Source of the DNA: Escherichia phage REP1
Sequence record: OQ174500.1
Length of the DNA stretch: 64,000 bases
Direction: 5' to 3' (one strand)
The notes beneath the pieces are model-generated. The model was not told where the DNA came from and did no database searches. It worked only from the letters and a program-made list of their open reading frames with translations. Below, one piece after another: positions 22,291 to 31,064 of the stretch; position 1 is the first letter of the stretch, and every line of letters begins with the position of its first letter. The position numbers and the translations under genes are program-made.

Positions 22291-22741
22291 GTTAGAGATT
22301 AGAAGCAATTTTAGATGGCCATCATGCGCATTAAGTAATTTCGCTCAATGGCCTTTTGTTATGGATGGTATTCAATTCGGAGGTCTTGAAGGATTCCTCC
22401 AAGGATGCAAGGTGAAAAATGTTGAACAACAACGTCGTGTATTTGGGTTATCCGGGCTTGCCGCCCAACAAGCTGGAAGGTCTTATGCTAGAGCTCAGGA
22501 CCGTGGGACCCTCTTCTGGCTTGGAGTTCCGTTTTCAAGATACTCCCCGGCGTGGAAAGAATTATACACAAATGCATATTTTGAAGCAGCGATCCAAAAC
22601 AAGGGCTTTCGCGATGCATTACAAGCCTCGAAAGGAAAAGTTTTGAAGCACAGCATGGCCAGCGGTCTAACAAAAGATGATACAATACTAACCGAAGCTG
22701 AATTTATTGATGTGTTAAACCTATTAAGAGACTCTCTATGA
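22277..22741 (+). CDS. 30.3: NADAR / YbiA-like domain protein (predicted ADP-ribose / NAD-derivative processing enzyme)
   Basis: 154 aa; motif LSNFAQWPFVMDGIQF...EGFLQGCKV resembles E. coli YbiA DFSNFAAWPIKVDGKTW...EHYFQAQKF; locally GC-rich relative to flanks. Confidence 0.6.
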   Translation: MKMSELEIRSNFRWPSCALSNFAQWPFVMDGIQFGGLEGFLQGCKVKNVEQQRRVFGLSGLAAQQAGRSYARAQDRGTLFWLGVPFSRYSPAWKELYTNAYFEAAIQNKGFRDALQASKGKVLKHSMASGLTKDDTILTEAEFIDVLNLLRDSL

Positions 22742-23598
22742 AGCCTACTATTTTAACTGATATTGATGGAGTATGTTTAAGCTGGCAATCTGGACTTCCT
22801 TATTTTGCCCAAAAATATAATCTTCCATTAGAACATATTTTAAAAATGATCCAAGATGAGAAATTTATTTCTCCTGGCAAACTCTTTAATTGTGATGAAG
22901 AACTTGGCGTCAAGTTAATTGAAAAATACAATCGTTCAGATTTTATTCGTTACTTGTCTCCATATAAAGATGCCCTGTGTGTAATTAACAAATTAAAAGA
23001 AGATTATAATTTTGTAGCTGTTACAGCATTGGGTGATTCTATTGACGCTCTGCTGAATCGTCAATTTAATTTGAATGCTCTTTTTCCTGGTGCCTTCTCA
23101 GAAGTATTGATGTGTGGTCATGATTCTTCAAAAGAAGAGTTGTTCAAAAAGGCAAAAGAGAAATATAACGTAATTTGTTATATTGACGATCTCGCTCACC
23201 ACTGCGATCATGCGAGTGAAATATTAAATGTGCCTGTTTATTGGATGGCTCGAGGGGAACGTGACAGTATTCCAAAAACTGCACAGCGAGTTTATACATG
23301 GAATGATGTAGAGAATAAGCTTTTTCCATCGAAGGAAAATAAAGAAAGTTTTGATAGTGAAAAAGCTATAAAAGATGTAATTGAAAAGATGATTAAAAAC
23401 GATTCTTTTCGTTGGAACACTACCTGGAGAACTCCTGGATTTAATCCTTATAATCCATATCATCCATATTATACACACTCATATCAGAATCCATTCCATC
23501 CATTCCATACGTGGAGTTATATTAAGCCTGGCGATTCAGGGTATTTTAATAGACTTACTAGTGGTAGTGGTGATAATATTTTCCAAGGAGCATTCTAA
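22738..23598 (+). CDS. 30.2: HAD-like hydrolase (putative nucleotidase) with Pro/aromatic-rich C-terminal tail
   Basis: 286 aa; N-terminal ILTDIDGV (HAD motif I DxDG); C-terminal NPYNPYHPYYTHSYQNPFHPFHTW low-complexity segment. Confidence 0.55.
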   Translation: MKPTILTDIDGVCLSWQSGLPYFAQKYNLPLEHILKMIQDEKFISPGKLFNCDEELGVKLIEKYNRSDFIRYLSPYKDALCVINKLKEDYNFVAVTALGDSIDALLNRQFNLNALFPGAFSEVLMCGHDSSKEELFKKAKEKYNVICYIDDLAHHCDHASEILNVPVYWMARGERDSIPKTAQRVYTWNDVENKLFPSKENKESFDSEKAIKDVIEKMIKNDSFRWNTTWRTPGFNPYNPYHPYYTHSYQNPFHPFHTWSYIKPGDSGYFNRLTSGSGDNIFQGAF

Positions 23599-23867
23599 TG
23601 TTTGTTGTTCACACTATTTATGAAAATGAAGGTAATACTACACGTGATTATGGTCACGTAAATCAGTTTTTTAGATGCAATCCAGAATTCCGAGCTCAAA
23701 AAGACGAACGAATTTTTAAAAAATGTGTAGAGCAAGGTTTTATTTACGTCAAGCACTGGATGCAAGGAAATAAAGTTAGAACCACGTACCACAGGTCTTT
23801 GACTGAGCTTAATGATGAATTGATTTATAATAGAGCTGTAAACCAAACTCTAAAGGATGAACAATGA
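23598..23867 (+). CDS. 30.1: Hypothetical protein, 89 aa
   Basis: ORF with ATGA overlaps on both sides. Confidence 0.5.
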   Translation: MFVVHTIYENEGNTTRDYGHVNQFFRCNPEFRAQKDERIFKKCVEQGFIYVKHWMQGNKVRTTYHRSLTELNDELIYNRAVNQTLKDEQ

Positions 23868-25327
23868 TTCTTAAAATTCTGAACGAAATAGCATCTATTG
23901 GTTCAACTAAGCAGAAGCAAGCAATTCTTGAAAAGAATAAAGATAATGAATTGCTTAAACGAGTATATCGTCTGACTTATTCTCGTGGGTTACAGTATTA
24001 TATCAAGAAATGGCCTAAACCGGGTATTGCTACCCAGAGTTTTGGAATGCTGACTATTACCGATATGCTTGACTTCATTGAATTCACGTTAGCTACTCGG
24101 AAATTGACCGGAAATGCTGCAATTGAGGAATTGACTGGATATATCACCGATGGTAAAAAGGATGATGTTGAAGTTTTGCGTCGAGTGATGATGCGAGACC
24201 TTGAATGCGGTGCTTCAGTATCTATTGCAAACAAAGTTTGGCCAGGTTTAATTCCTGAACAACCTCAAATGCTGGCAAGTTCTTATGATGAAAAGGGCAT
24301 TAGTAAGAATATCAAATTTCCAGCCTTTGCCCAGTTAAAAGCTGATGGGGCTCGGTGCTTTGCCGAAGTCAGAGGTGATGAATTAGATGATGTTCGTCTT
24401 TTATCACGAGCCGGTAATGAATATCTAGGATTAGATCTTCTTAAGGAAGAATTAATCAAAATGACCGCTGAAGCCCGCCAGATTCATCCAGAAGGCGTGT
24501 TAATTGATGGCGAATTGGTATACCATGAGCAAGTTAAAAAGGAGCCAGAAGGCCTAGATTTTCTTTTTGATGCTTATCCTGAAATTAGTAAAGCCAAAGA
24601 ATTCGCCGAAGTAGCTGAATCACGTACTACTTCTAATGGAATCGCTAATAAATCTTTAAAGGGAACCATTTCTGAAAAAGAAGCTCAATGCATGAAGTTT
24701 CAGGTCTGGGATTATGTTCCATTGGTAGAAATATACGGTCTTCCTGCATTTCGTTTGAAATATGATGTACGTTTTTCTAAACTAGAACAAATGACATCAG
24801 GCTATGATAAAGTAATTTTAATTGAAAACCAGGTAGTAAATAACCTAGATGAAGCTAAGGTAATTTATAAAAAGTATATTGACCAAGGTCTTGAAGGTAT
24901 TATTCTCAAAAATATCGATGGATTATGGGAAAATGCTCGTTCAAAAAATCTCTATAAATTTAAAGAAGTAATTGATGTTGATTTAAAAATTGTAGGAATT
25001 TATCCTCACCGTAAAGACCCTACTAAAGCAGGTGGATTTATTCTTGAGTCAGAGTGTGGAAAAATTAAAGTAAATGCTGGTTCAGGCTTAAAAGATAAAG
25101 CCGGTGTAAAATCACATGAACTTGACCGTACTCGCATTATGGAAAACCAAAATTATTATATTGGAAAAATTCTAGAGTGCGAATGCAACGGTTGGTTAAA
25201 ATCTGATGGTCGCACTGATTACGTTAAATTATTTCTTCCGATTGCGATTCGTTTACGTGAAGATAAAACTAAAGCTAATACATTCGAGGATGTATTTGGT
25301 GATTTTCATGAGGTAACTGGTCTATGA
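23864..25327 (+). CDS. 30: ATP-dependent DNA ligase
   Basis: 487 aa; adenylation motif KADGAR (FAQLKADGARCF); matches T4 DNA ligase. Confidence 0.96.
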   Translation: MILKILNEIASIGSTKQKQAILEKNKDNELLKRVYRLTYSRGLQYYIKKWPKPGIATQSFGMLTITDMLDFIEFTLATRKLTGNAAIEELTGYITDGKKDDVEVLRRVMMRDLECGASVSIANKVWPGLIPEQPQMLASSYDEKGISKNIKFPAFAQLKADGARCFAEVRGDELDDVRLLSRAGNEYLGLDLLKEELIKMTAEARQIHPEGVLIDGELVYHEQVKKEPEGLDFLFDAYPEISKAKEFAEVAESRTTSNGIANKSLKGTISEKEAQCMKFQVWDYVPLVEIYGLPAFRLKYDVRFSKLEQMTSGYDKVILIENQVVNNLDEAKVIYKKYIDQGLEGIILKNIDGLWENARSKNLYKFKEVIDVDLKIVGIYPHRKDPTKAGGFILESECGKIKVNAGSGLKDKAGVKSHELDRTRIMENQNYYIGKILECECNGWLKSDGRTDYVKLFLPIAIRLREDKTKANTFEDVFGDFHEVTGL

Positions 25328-25512
25328 AAGCTTACTTAGAAACAATTGTCATTGCTCAAAAAGAAGGTGGAGATGTTTCTACTTCTGTATCACAAGTCAT
25401 TCTCGAATTTGTAGATGCATACGCTTATAATAAATTTACAGAAACATTTGATGCCTATGAAAAAGGACCAAAGTTTGAAATATATCGTACTCTCTTACCA
25501 CTAGATTACTAA
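25324..25512 (+). CDS. Hypothetical protein, 62 aa
   Basis: ORF with ATGA overlap to ligase stop; followed by terminator. Confidence 0.45.
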   Translation: MKAYLETIVIAQKEGGDVSTSVSQVILEFVDAYAYNKFTETFDAYEKGPKFEIYRTLLPLDY

Positions 25513-25535
25513 AGGCCTTCGGGCCTTTAATTTTA
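25511..25535 (+). terminator. Rho-independent terminator ending the ligase operon
   Basis: aaaggccttcgggccttt hairpin plus T-run. Confidence 0.75.
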
Positions 25536-25541
25536 TAAATA
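25534..25541 (+). promoter_or_regulatory. Late promoter TATAAATA for alt
   Basis: Exact TATAAATA 23 nt upstream of alt ATG; Alt is a late, head-packaged protein. Confidence 0.55.
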
Positions 25542-25564
25542 GAATAAACACTAGAGAGGATATG

Positions 25565-27658
25565 ATGGAACTTATTACAGAATTATTTGACGAAGATACT
25601 ACTCTTCCGATTACAAACTTAAATCCAAAGAAGAAAATACCGCAAATTTTTTCAGTTCACGTTGATGATGCAATTGAACAGCCAGGCTTTCGTTTATGTA
25701 CCTATACATCTGGAGGTGATACTAATCGCGATTTAAAGATGGGCGATAAAATGATGCATATTGTTCCTTTTACATTAACTGCTAAAGGTTCAATTGCTAA
25801 ATTAAAAGGTCTTGGTCCAAGCCCAATTAATTATATCAATTCAGTTTTTACTGTTGCAATGCAAACAATGCGTCAGTATAAAATTGATGCTTGTATGCTT
25901 CGTATTCTTAAGTCTAAAACCGCTGGTCAAGCTCGACAAATTCAAGTTATTGCTGATAGACTTATCCGTAGTCGTTCAGGTGGCAGATACGTCCTTCTTA
26001 AGGAACTCTGGGATTATGATAAAAAGTATGCATATATTCTTATATATCGCAAAAATGTATCACTAGAAGACATTCCAGGAGTTCCGGAAATTAGTACCGA
26101 GCTCTTTACTAAAGTTGAATCGAAAGTCGGTGATGTTTATATCAATAAAGATACTGGAGCCCAAGTAACTAAAAATGAGGCAATTGCAGCATCTATTGCA
26201 CAAGAAAATGATAAACGTTCTGACCAAGCTGTAATCGTTAAAGTTAAAATTTCCCGTAGAGCAATTGCACAAAGTCAGTCATTGGAATCTTCTAGATTTG
26301 AAAGTGAATTATTCCAGAAGTATGAATCTACAGCAGCTAATTTTAATAAACCAGCTACTGCACCTTTAATTCCCGAAGCAGAAGAAATGAAAATTGGAAT
26401 TAATTCATTAGCTTCTAAAACAAAGGCAGCAAAAATTATTGCTGAAGGAACGGCAGATGAACTTCACTATGATTATAAATTCTTTCCAATGAGTCAAGTC
26501 GGTGAAGTTTCAGAAAAAATTAAAGAAGTAATTTTTAATGCAATTAAAAATGAACCAACTACTTCAATAAAATGTTTAGAGAAATACGCAGCAGCTGTAA
26601 ATCAATTCTTTGAAGATTATAAAGATAAATGGCTTGCTAATCATAATAAAAATCGTAAAGGACAACCAGATGAAGTCTGGGAAGAAATAACTAAAAATTC
26701 CTGGAACGCAGCAAAAACTAAATTCCTCAAACGAATGATTTACAGTTTTTCTGGAATTGGTGCTGGTCCAATGATTGATATTACTATTGCCCGCGATGGT
26801 TCTAAATATACTCCATCACAAAAGCGTGGCATTAGAGAATATTGCGGTTCAGGATATACTGACATCAATAATCTTCTTTTAGGTCGTTACAATCCAGAAC
26901 GATATGATGTAATGAGTGAAAAAGAAATTGAATCTGCTATAAATAACTTAGATTCAGCTTTTGAAAATGGTGACCGCATACCGGAAGGCATCACAGTTTA
27001 TCGTGCTCAAAGTATGACTGCTCCTATATACGAAGCACTAGTTAAAAATAAAGTGTTCTATTTCAGAAATTTTGTATCTACTTCTTTAACTCCTATCATT
27101 TTTGGACGTTTTGGAATTACACATGCTGGTATTGGTCTTTTAGAACCAGAAGCTCGTAATGAATTAACAGTTGATAAAAATGAAGAAGGAATAACTATTA
27201 ATCCAAACGAAATAAGAGCGTATAAAGAAAATCCTGAATACGTTAAAGTTCAAATAGGATGGGCAATTGATGGAGCTCATAAAGTTAATGTTGTATATCC
27301 AGGAAGTCTCGGAATAGCAACAGAAGCTGAAGTTATTCTACCGCGCGGATTGATGGTCAAAGTTAATAAAATAACTGATGCTTCTAATAATGACGGAACA
27401 ACATCTAATAATACAAAACTCATTCAAGCTGAAGTTATGACCACAGAAGAACTCACCGAATCGGTAATCTATGACGGAGACCATTTAATGGAAACCGGCG
27501 AAGTAGTTGCAATGACAGATGATATTGAAATAGAAGACAGAGTTGACTTTGCATCATTTGTTTCATCAAATGTTAAACAGAAAGTAGAATCATCTCTTGG
27601 AATTATTGCGTCTTGCATAGATATTACAAACATGCCTTACAAGTTCGTTCAAGGATAA
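25565..27658 (+). CDS. alt: Alt, head-packaged ADP-ribosyltransferase (modifies host RNA polymerase)
   Basis: MELITELFDEDTTLPITNLNPKKKIPQIFSVHVDD... matches T4 Alt; C-terminal R-S-E type ART motifs (YRAQ, FVSTSL, TEAEVILPRG). Confidence 0.9.
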   Translation: MELITELFDEDTTLPITNLNPKKKIPQIFSVHVDDAIEQPGFRLCTYTSGGDTNRDLKMGDKMMHIVPFTLTAKGSIAKLKGLGPSPINYINSVFTVAMQTMRQYKIDACMLRILKSKTAGQARQIQVIADRLIRSRSGGRYVLLKELWDYDKKYAYILIYRKNVSLEDIPGVPEISTELFTKVESKVGDVYINKDTGAQVTKNEAIAASIAQENDKRSDQAVIVKVKISRRAIAQSQSLESSRFESELFQKYESTAANFNKPATAPLIPEAEEMKIGINSLASKTKAAKIIAEGTADELHYDYKFFPMSQVGEVSEKIKEVIFNAIKNEPTTSIKCLEKYAAAVNQFFEDYKDKWLANHNKNRKGQPDEVWEEITKNSWNAAKTKFLKRMIYSFSGIGAGPMIDITIARDGSKYTPSQKRGIREYCGSGYTDINNLLLGRYNPERYDVMSEKEIESAINNLDSAFENGDRIPEGITVYRAQSMTAPIYEALVKNKVFYFRNFVSTSLTPIIFGRFGITHAGIGLLEPEARNELTVDKNEEGITINPNEIRAYKENPEYVKVQIGWAIDGAHKVNVVYPGSLGIATEAEVILPRGLMVKVNKITDASNNDGTTSNNTKLIQAEVMTTEELTESVIYDGDHLMETGEVVAMTDDIEIEDRVDFASFVSSNVKQKVESSLGIIASCIDITNMPYKFVQG

Positions 27659-27661
27659 ATC

Positions 27662-29719
27662 ATGGAACTTATTACAGAATTATTTGACGGCGCTTCGGCG
27701 CCGGTTGTTAACTTAAATCCTAAGCATAAAATACCACAAATTTTTGCTATCCAAGTCGGCGAAGAAAGCGTGCTTCCTGGATTTAGATTTTGTACATACA
27801 CCTCTGGCGGTGATACAAATAAAAACGTTAAGCCAGGCGACAAAATGATGCATATCGTAATGATAGGTGTTAATGAGAAACTATCATTAGTTAAGCTTAA
27901 AAACTTGGGTGGAAATCCAATTGGCGTCATTAATGCTGTTTTTGATACTGCTCTTCAAACAATGAAACAGTATAAAATTGATGCATGCTTATTCCGCATA
28001 CTAAAGAGTAAAACAAATGGCGCTGCTCGTCAAATGCAAGTTATTGCTGACCGTTTAGTACGTACTAAAGGAGCAGGTCGATATGTTCTTTTAAAGGAAA
28101 TCTGGGACTATGATAAGAAATATGCATATATTATGGTTTACCGTAAAAATGCCAATTTAGAAGACATTCCAGGTGTACCTCCTATTTCAACTGAGTTATT
28201 CACAAAAGTTGAATCAAAGGTTGGTGATATTTATGTAGACGTTAAAACAGGTAATGCTGTTCCTAAAGCTGTCGCAGTTGCTGCTTCTATTGCTTTGGAA
28301 AATGATAAGCGCACGGATCAAGCTGTTATTCAGAAAACTAAAATTAGTCGTCGATTAGCAGCACAAGCTCAATATTCTACTGTTGATGCTTCACTTCAGG
28401 GTGATAGCTTCGCTGCTAAGAAATATCAAGAGTTTGAATCCAAAGTTCCGGTATATAAAGCAGAAGGACCAATGAACTCTGGCGTTATTCAGATTGGTTC
28501 AAACTTCGGCAAAGGAGCTATCGGTGGTATGAGAAGTGCTTCTCGTTTTAAATCTAACGATTATGAACTAGAAAACTTCCGAAATCATATTGCATTGGCC
28601 CATGCACGTTTACGCGATCCATCTATCAAGCTGCAGAGCGATATAACATATCAAGGTTCTCAAGAATATTTAAAGAATAAAGAATTCTTTGATTATAAAA
28701 CTGATAAAATTTTAAGCGATCTTGCTGACATTAATATTTCTAATAGCTTTGATGTTATTAAGAAAATTATCAATGATTTAGTTAAAGGTTCTAAAGCTAC
28801 ACCAGATGAAAAGACAGCTATTATTCAATTTGTCATGAATGGCATTTATAAATTGATTAATGAATCTGCCGCTCAGGCATATGAATATGCAAGTACTGAA
28901 GTAACTCCAAAAGGATTAACTCAGGCTGAGTCTGATGTAATTGAAGATTATTGTGCAGATTCATATGTTGAAATGAACTCGTTCCTTTTGGGTAAACCAG
29001 ATTCTACCCGTGAAGAATATATGGAACGAGCTATTAAACATATTGAGACGCTTGATTCTGCATTCGCTAAAGGTTCAGTTCTTCCTCCAGGAACTACACT
29101 TTACCGTGGACAAGAAGTTACCTTTAAAACTTTGCGTCATAACATTGAAAATAAAATGTTCTATTTCAAGAACTTCGTATCCACATCGCTTAAACCAAAT
29201 ATCTTCGGTGAGCATGGTAAAAACTATATGGCTCTAGATGATTCCGGCGCAGTATTTTCTGGCGAAGGAGAAGGTTCCGTTGATGCAGAAGATTTGATGC
29301 ATATGGGTAGTCATTCTACATATGCTAATGAAGATGCTGAAACTAGCGTGGGTATGGTAATTAAAGGAGCTGAGCGAATCAAAGTTATCGTTCCAGGTCA
29401 TTTATCAGGATTTCCATCAGAAGCTGAAGTTATTCTACCGCGTGGAATTTTACTGAAGATTAATAAAGTGAGCACGTACTTTATGAAAGAAACTGCTTAT
29501 AACAAGTATCTAATAGAAGGTACAATCGTTCCTCCTTCTGAACAATTAGAGGAATCGGTATATGATGGCGACCATCTAATGGAAACTGGTGAAGTTCGTC
29601 CAATGGCTGGATTTAATCAATTCCTTGTAGAAGAATCAAAAGAAGAGGAAAACGAAGTTTCTCAAATCTTGGCTTCTTTTGTTAACATCAACGGAATGTC
29701 TAAAAAGTTCAAAATGTAG
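27662..29719 (+). CDS. Alt-like ADP-ribosyltransferase paralog, full length, divergent central region
   Basis: 685 aa starting MELITELFDGASAPVVNLNPKHKIPQIF...; shares N-terminal ~200 aa and C-terminal ART motifs (YRGQ, FVSTSL, SEAEVILPRG) with Alt; centre differs. Confidence 0.8.
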   Translation: MELITELFDGASAPVVNLNPKHKIPQIFAIQVGEESVLPGFRFCTYTSGGDTNKNVKPGDKMMHIVMIGVNEKLSLVKLKNLGGNPIGVINAVFDTALQTMKQYKIDACLFRILKSKTNGAARQMQVIADRLVRTKGAGRYVLLKEIWDYDKKYAYIMVYRKNANLEDIPGVPPISTELFTKVESKVGDIYVDVKTGNAVPKAVAVAASIALENDKRTDQAVIQKTKISRRLAAQAQYSTVDASLQGDSFAAKKYQEFESKVPVYKAEGPMNSGVIQIGSNFGKGAIGGMRSASRFKSNDYELENFRNHIALAHARLRDPSIKLQSDITYQGSQEYLKNKEFFDYKTDKILSDLADINISNSFDVIKKIINDLVKGSKATPDEKTAIIQFVMNGIYKLINESAAQAYEYASTEVTPKGLTQAESDVIEDYCADSYVEMNSFLLGKPDSTREEYMERAIKHIETLDSAFAKGSVLPPGTTLYRGQEVTFKTLRHNIENKMFYFKNFVSTSLKPNIFGEHGKNYMALDDSGAVFSGEGEGSVDAEDLMHMGSHSTYANEDAETSVGMVIKGAERIKVIVPGHLSGFPSEAEVILPRGILLKINKVSTYFMKETAYNKYLIEGTIVPPSEQLEESVYDGDHLMETGEVRPMAGFNQFLVEESKEEENEVSQILASFVNINGMSKKFKM

Positions 29720-29772
29720 TTTACAAGTCCCTCGTGTTGTGTTATAGTAGTCTTACTGGCATAACATGAGGA
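29719..29772 (+). promoter_or_regulatory. Early promoter/RBS cassette, copy 2 of the 54-bp repeat
   Basis: 53/54 identical to 13892-13945; precedes ORF 29780. Confidence 0.6.
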
Positions 29773-29779
29773 ACACAAA

Positions 29780-30070
29780 ATGAAATCTTCTTTGCGCTTT
29801 TTAGGTCAAGAACTTGTAGTTGAAGGCGTTATTCCTGCTGATAATGCTTTTAATGAAGCAGTTTACGATGAATTTATCAAAATTTTTGGAACAGATAAAA
29901 AGTTCGGAATTTTTCCTTCTGAAAATTTTTCAAAGCCAGAACAGACTGAAAGTATTTTCCAAGGTGTAGTAACAGGTAAATTTGAGTCAGAAGCTCCGGT
30001 AAAAATTGAGGTTTATATTGAAGACAGTTTAGTTGCTTCAGTTGCTGCTTTTATTTCATTCCGTAAATAA
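29780..30070 (+). CDS. Hypothetical protein, 96 aa
   Basis: ORF with GAGGA SD; followed by bidirectional terminator hairpin. Confidence 0.55.
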   Translation: MKSSLRFLGQELVVEGVIPADNAFNEAVYDEFIKIFGTDKKFGIFPSENFSKPEQTESIFQGVVTGKFESEAPVKIEVYIEDSLVASVAAFISFRK

Positions 30071-30076
30071 AAATAT

Positions 30077-30094
30077 GGGGACCTTTCGGTCCCC
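30077..30094. terminator. Bidirectional terminator hairpin between convergent ORF 29780 and gene 54
   Basis: ggggacctttcggtcccc, flanked by A/T runs. Confidence 0.75.
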
Positions 30095-30098
30095 ATTG

Positions 30099-31064
30099 TT
30101 ATATTGCTCCTAATATTTTACTTTGCGAATTGACAATTCCTGTCATAGTATTAATGTTTGAAATGCTTCCTGCAGTTCCCCCTAATCTACTGAGTCGTGA
30201 AAGCGAATTAGATAGTCCAGTAACACCTCCACTATTTCCGAGAACGCTTTGAATACCATTTATAGCAGCAGATTCAAGCCATTCAAGCGCAGCTTGCCTA
30301 TCAACTGCTCCAGCCTGCATCACTCTATACGCAAAAGTAACATCAAATGTAGTTATTTGGTTATCTCCATCATATGATAACTCAGGAGCGCTCACTGACA
30401 CTGGAATGCATCCGGTGAACATCACCGCAGTATGAGGCAATCCATTACGAGAATGAAGATTAACCTGAATATCTGCCTCGACATCTTGCGGTAAAGCGCG
30501 TAATCCAGTTACTGGGTCTTGAACGGAGTTAACCCAGTCTTGCATTGCACGATAGTTACAAGCTTCTGAATCCATTCTAAATGAAATAACCAAAGGGTCT
30601 AATTCTCTCCCGGTTATGCGAATATTAGGAGAATTGTAGTTCCAGTCAGTTTCATAGGATAATCTATTCTCTGGCATTTTTACAGAGTATATCATCAATC
30701 CAGATGAGTTATATGCCATGTTAAAGAAGTCAATTAAATATGTACCAACTGTAAATGAGCCTAATAAACTTTGAACTGTACGTTGACTCATGGCACCAAT
30801 AAGATATTTACTAACCCCTGATTTTCTTATCAGTTTTTGTGTGCCAGCAGTAATTAGCGTGGTAATTCCCTGATTAATATCACCTTGAGTCAATCCTAAC
30901 CAATCTGAATTTAGGCCCAAGTTATTATAAGAAAAGTTGCTAATTGAACTTATCAACGAAGAGCTTTTAGTTGATGGAGTTGTCGCAAAAACGCAGCTAA
31001 ACATATTATTACGTTGGAAATCTGCGTTTATTGCTTGATTATTAAATTCCTCTAAAGAATACAT
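30099..31064 (-). CDS. 54: Baseplate tail tube initiator gp54
   Basis: 321 aa, size and position as T4 gp54 downstream of gp48. Confidence 0.85.
   Translation of the reverse strand: MYSLEEFNNQAINADFQRNNMFSCVFATTPSTKSSSLISSISNFSYNNLGLNSDWLGLTQGDINQGITTLITAGTQKLIRKSGVSKYLIGAMSQRTVQSLLGSFTVGTYLIDFFNMAYNSSGLMIYSVKMPENRLSYETDWNYNSPNIRITGRELDPLVISFRMDSEACNYRAMQDWVNSVQDPVTGLRALPQDVEADIQVNLHSRNGLPHTAVMFTGCIPVSVSAPELSYDGDNQITTFDVTFAYRVMQAGAVDRQAALEWLESAAINGIQSVLGNSGGVTGLSNSLSRLSRLGGTAGSISNINTMTGIVNSQSKILGAI

Noticed and set aside
22419-22646. 75-aa alternative-frame ORF within 30.3
   Set aside because: Not called as a feature: it may correspond to the annotated T4 30.3' ORF, but an open frame inside a GC-rich gene is expected by chance; needs expression data.
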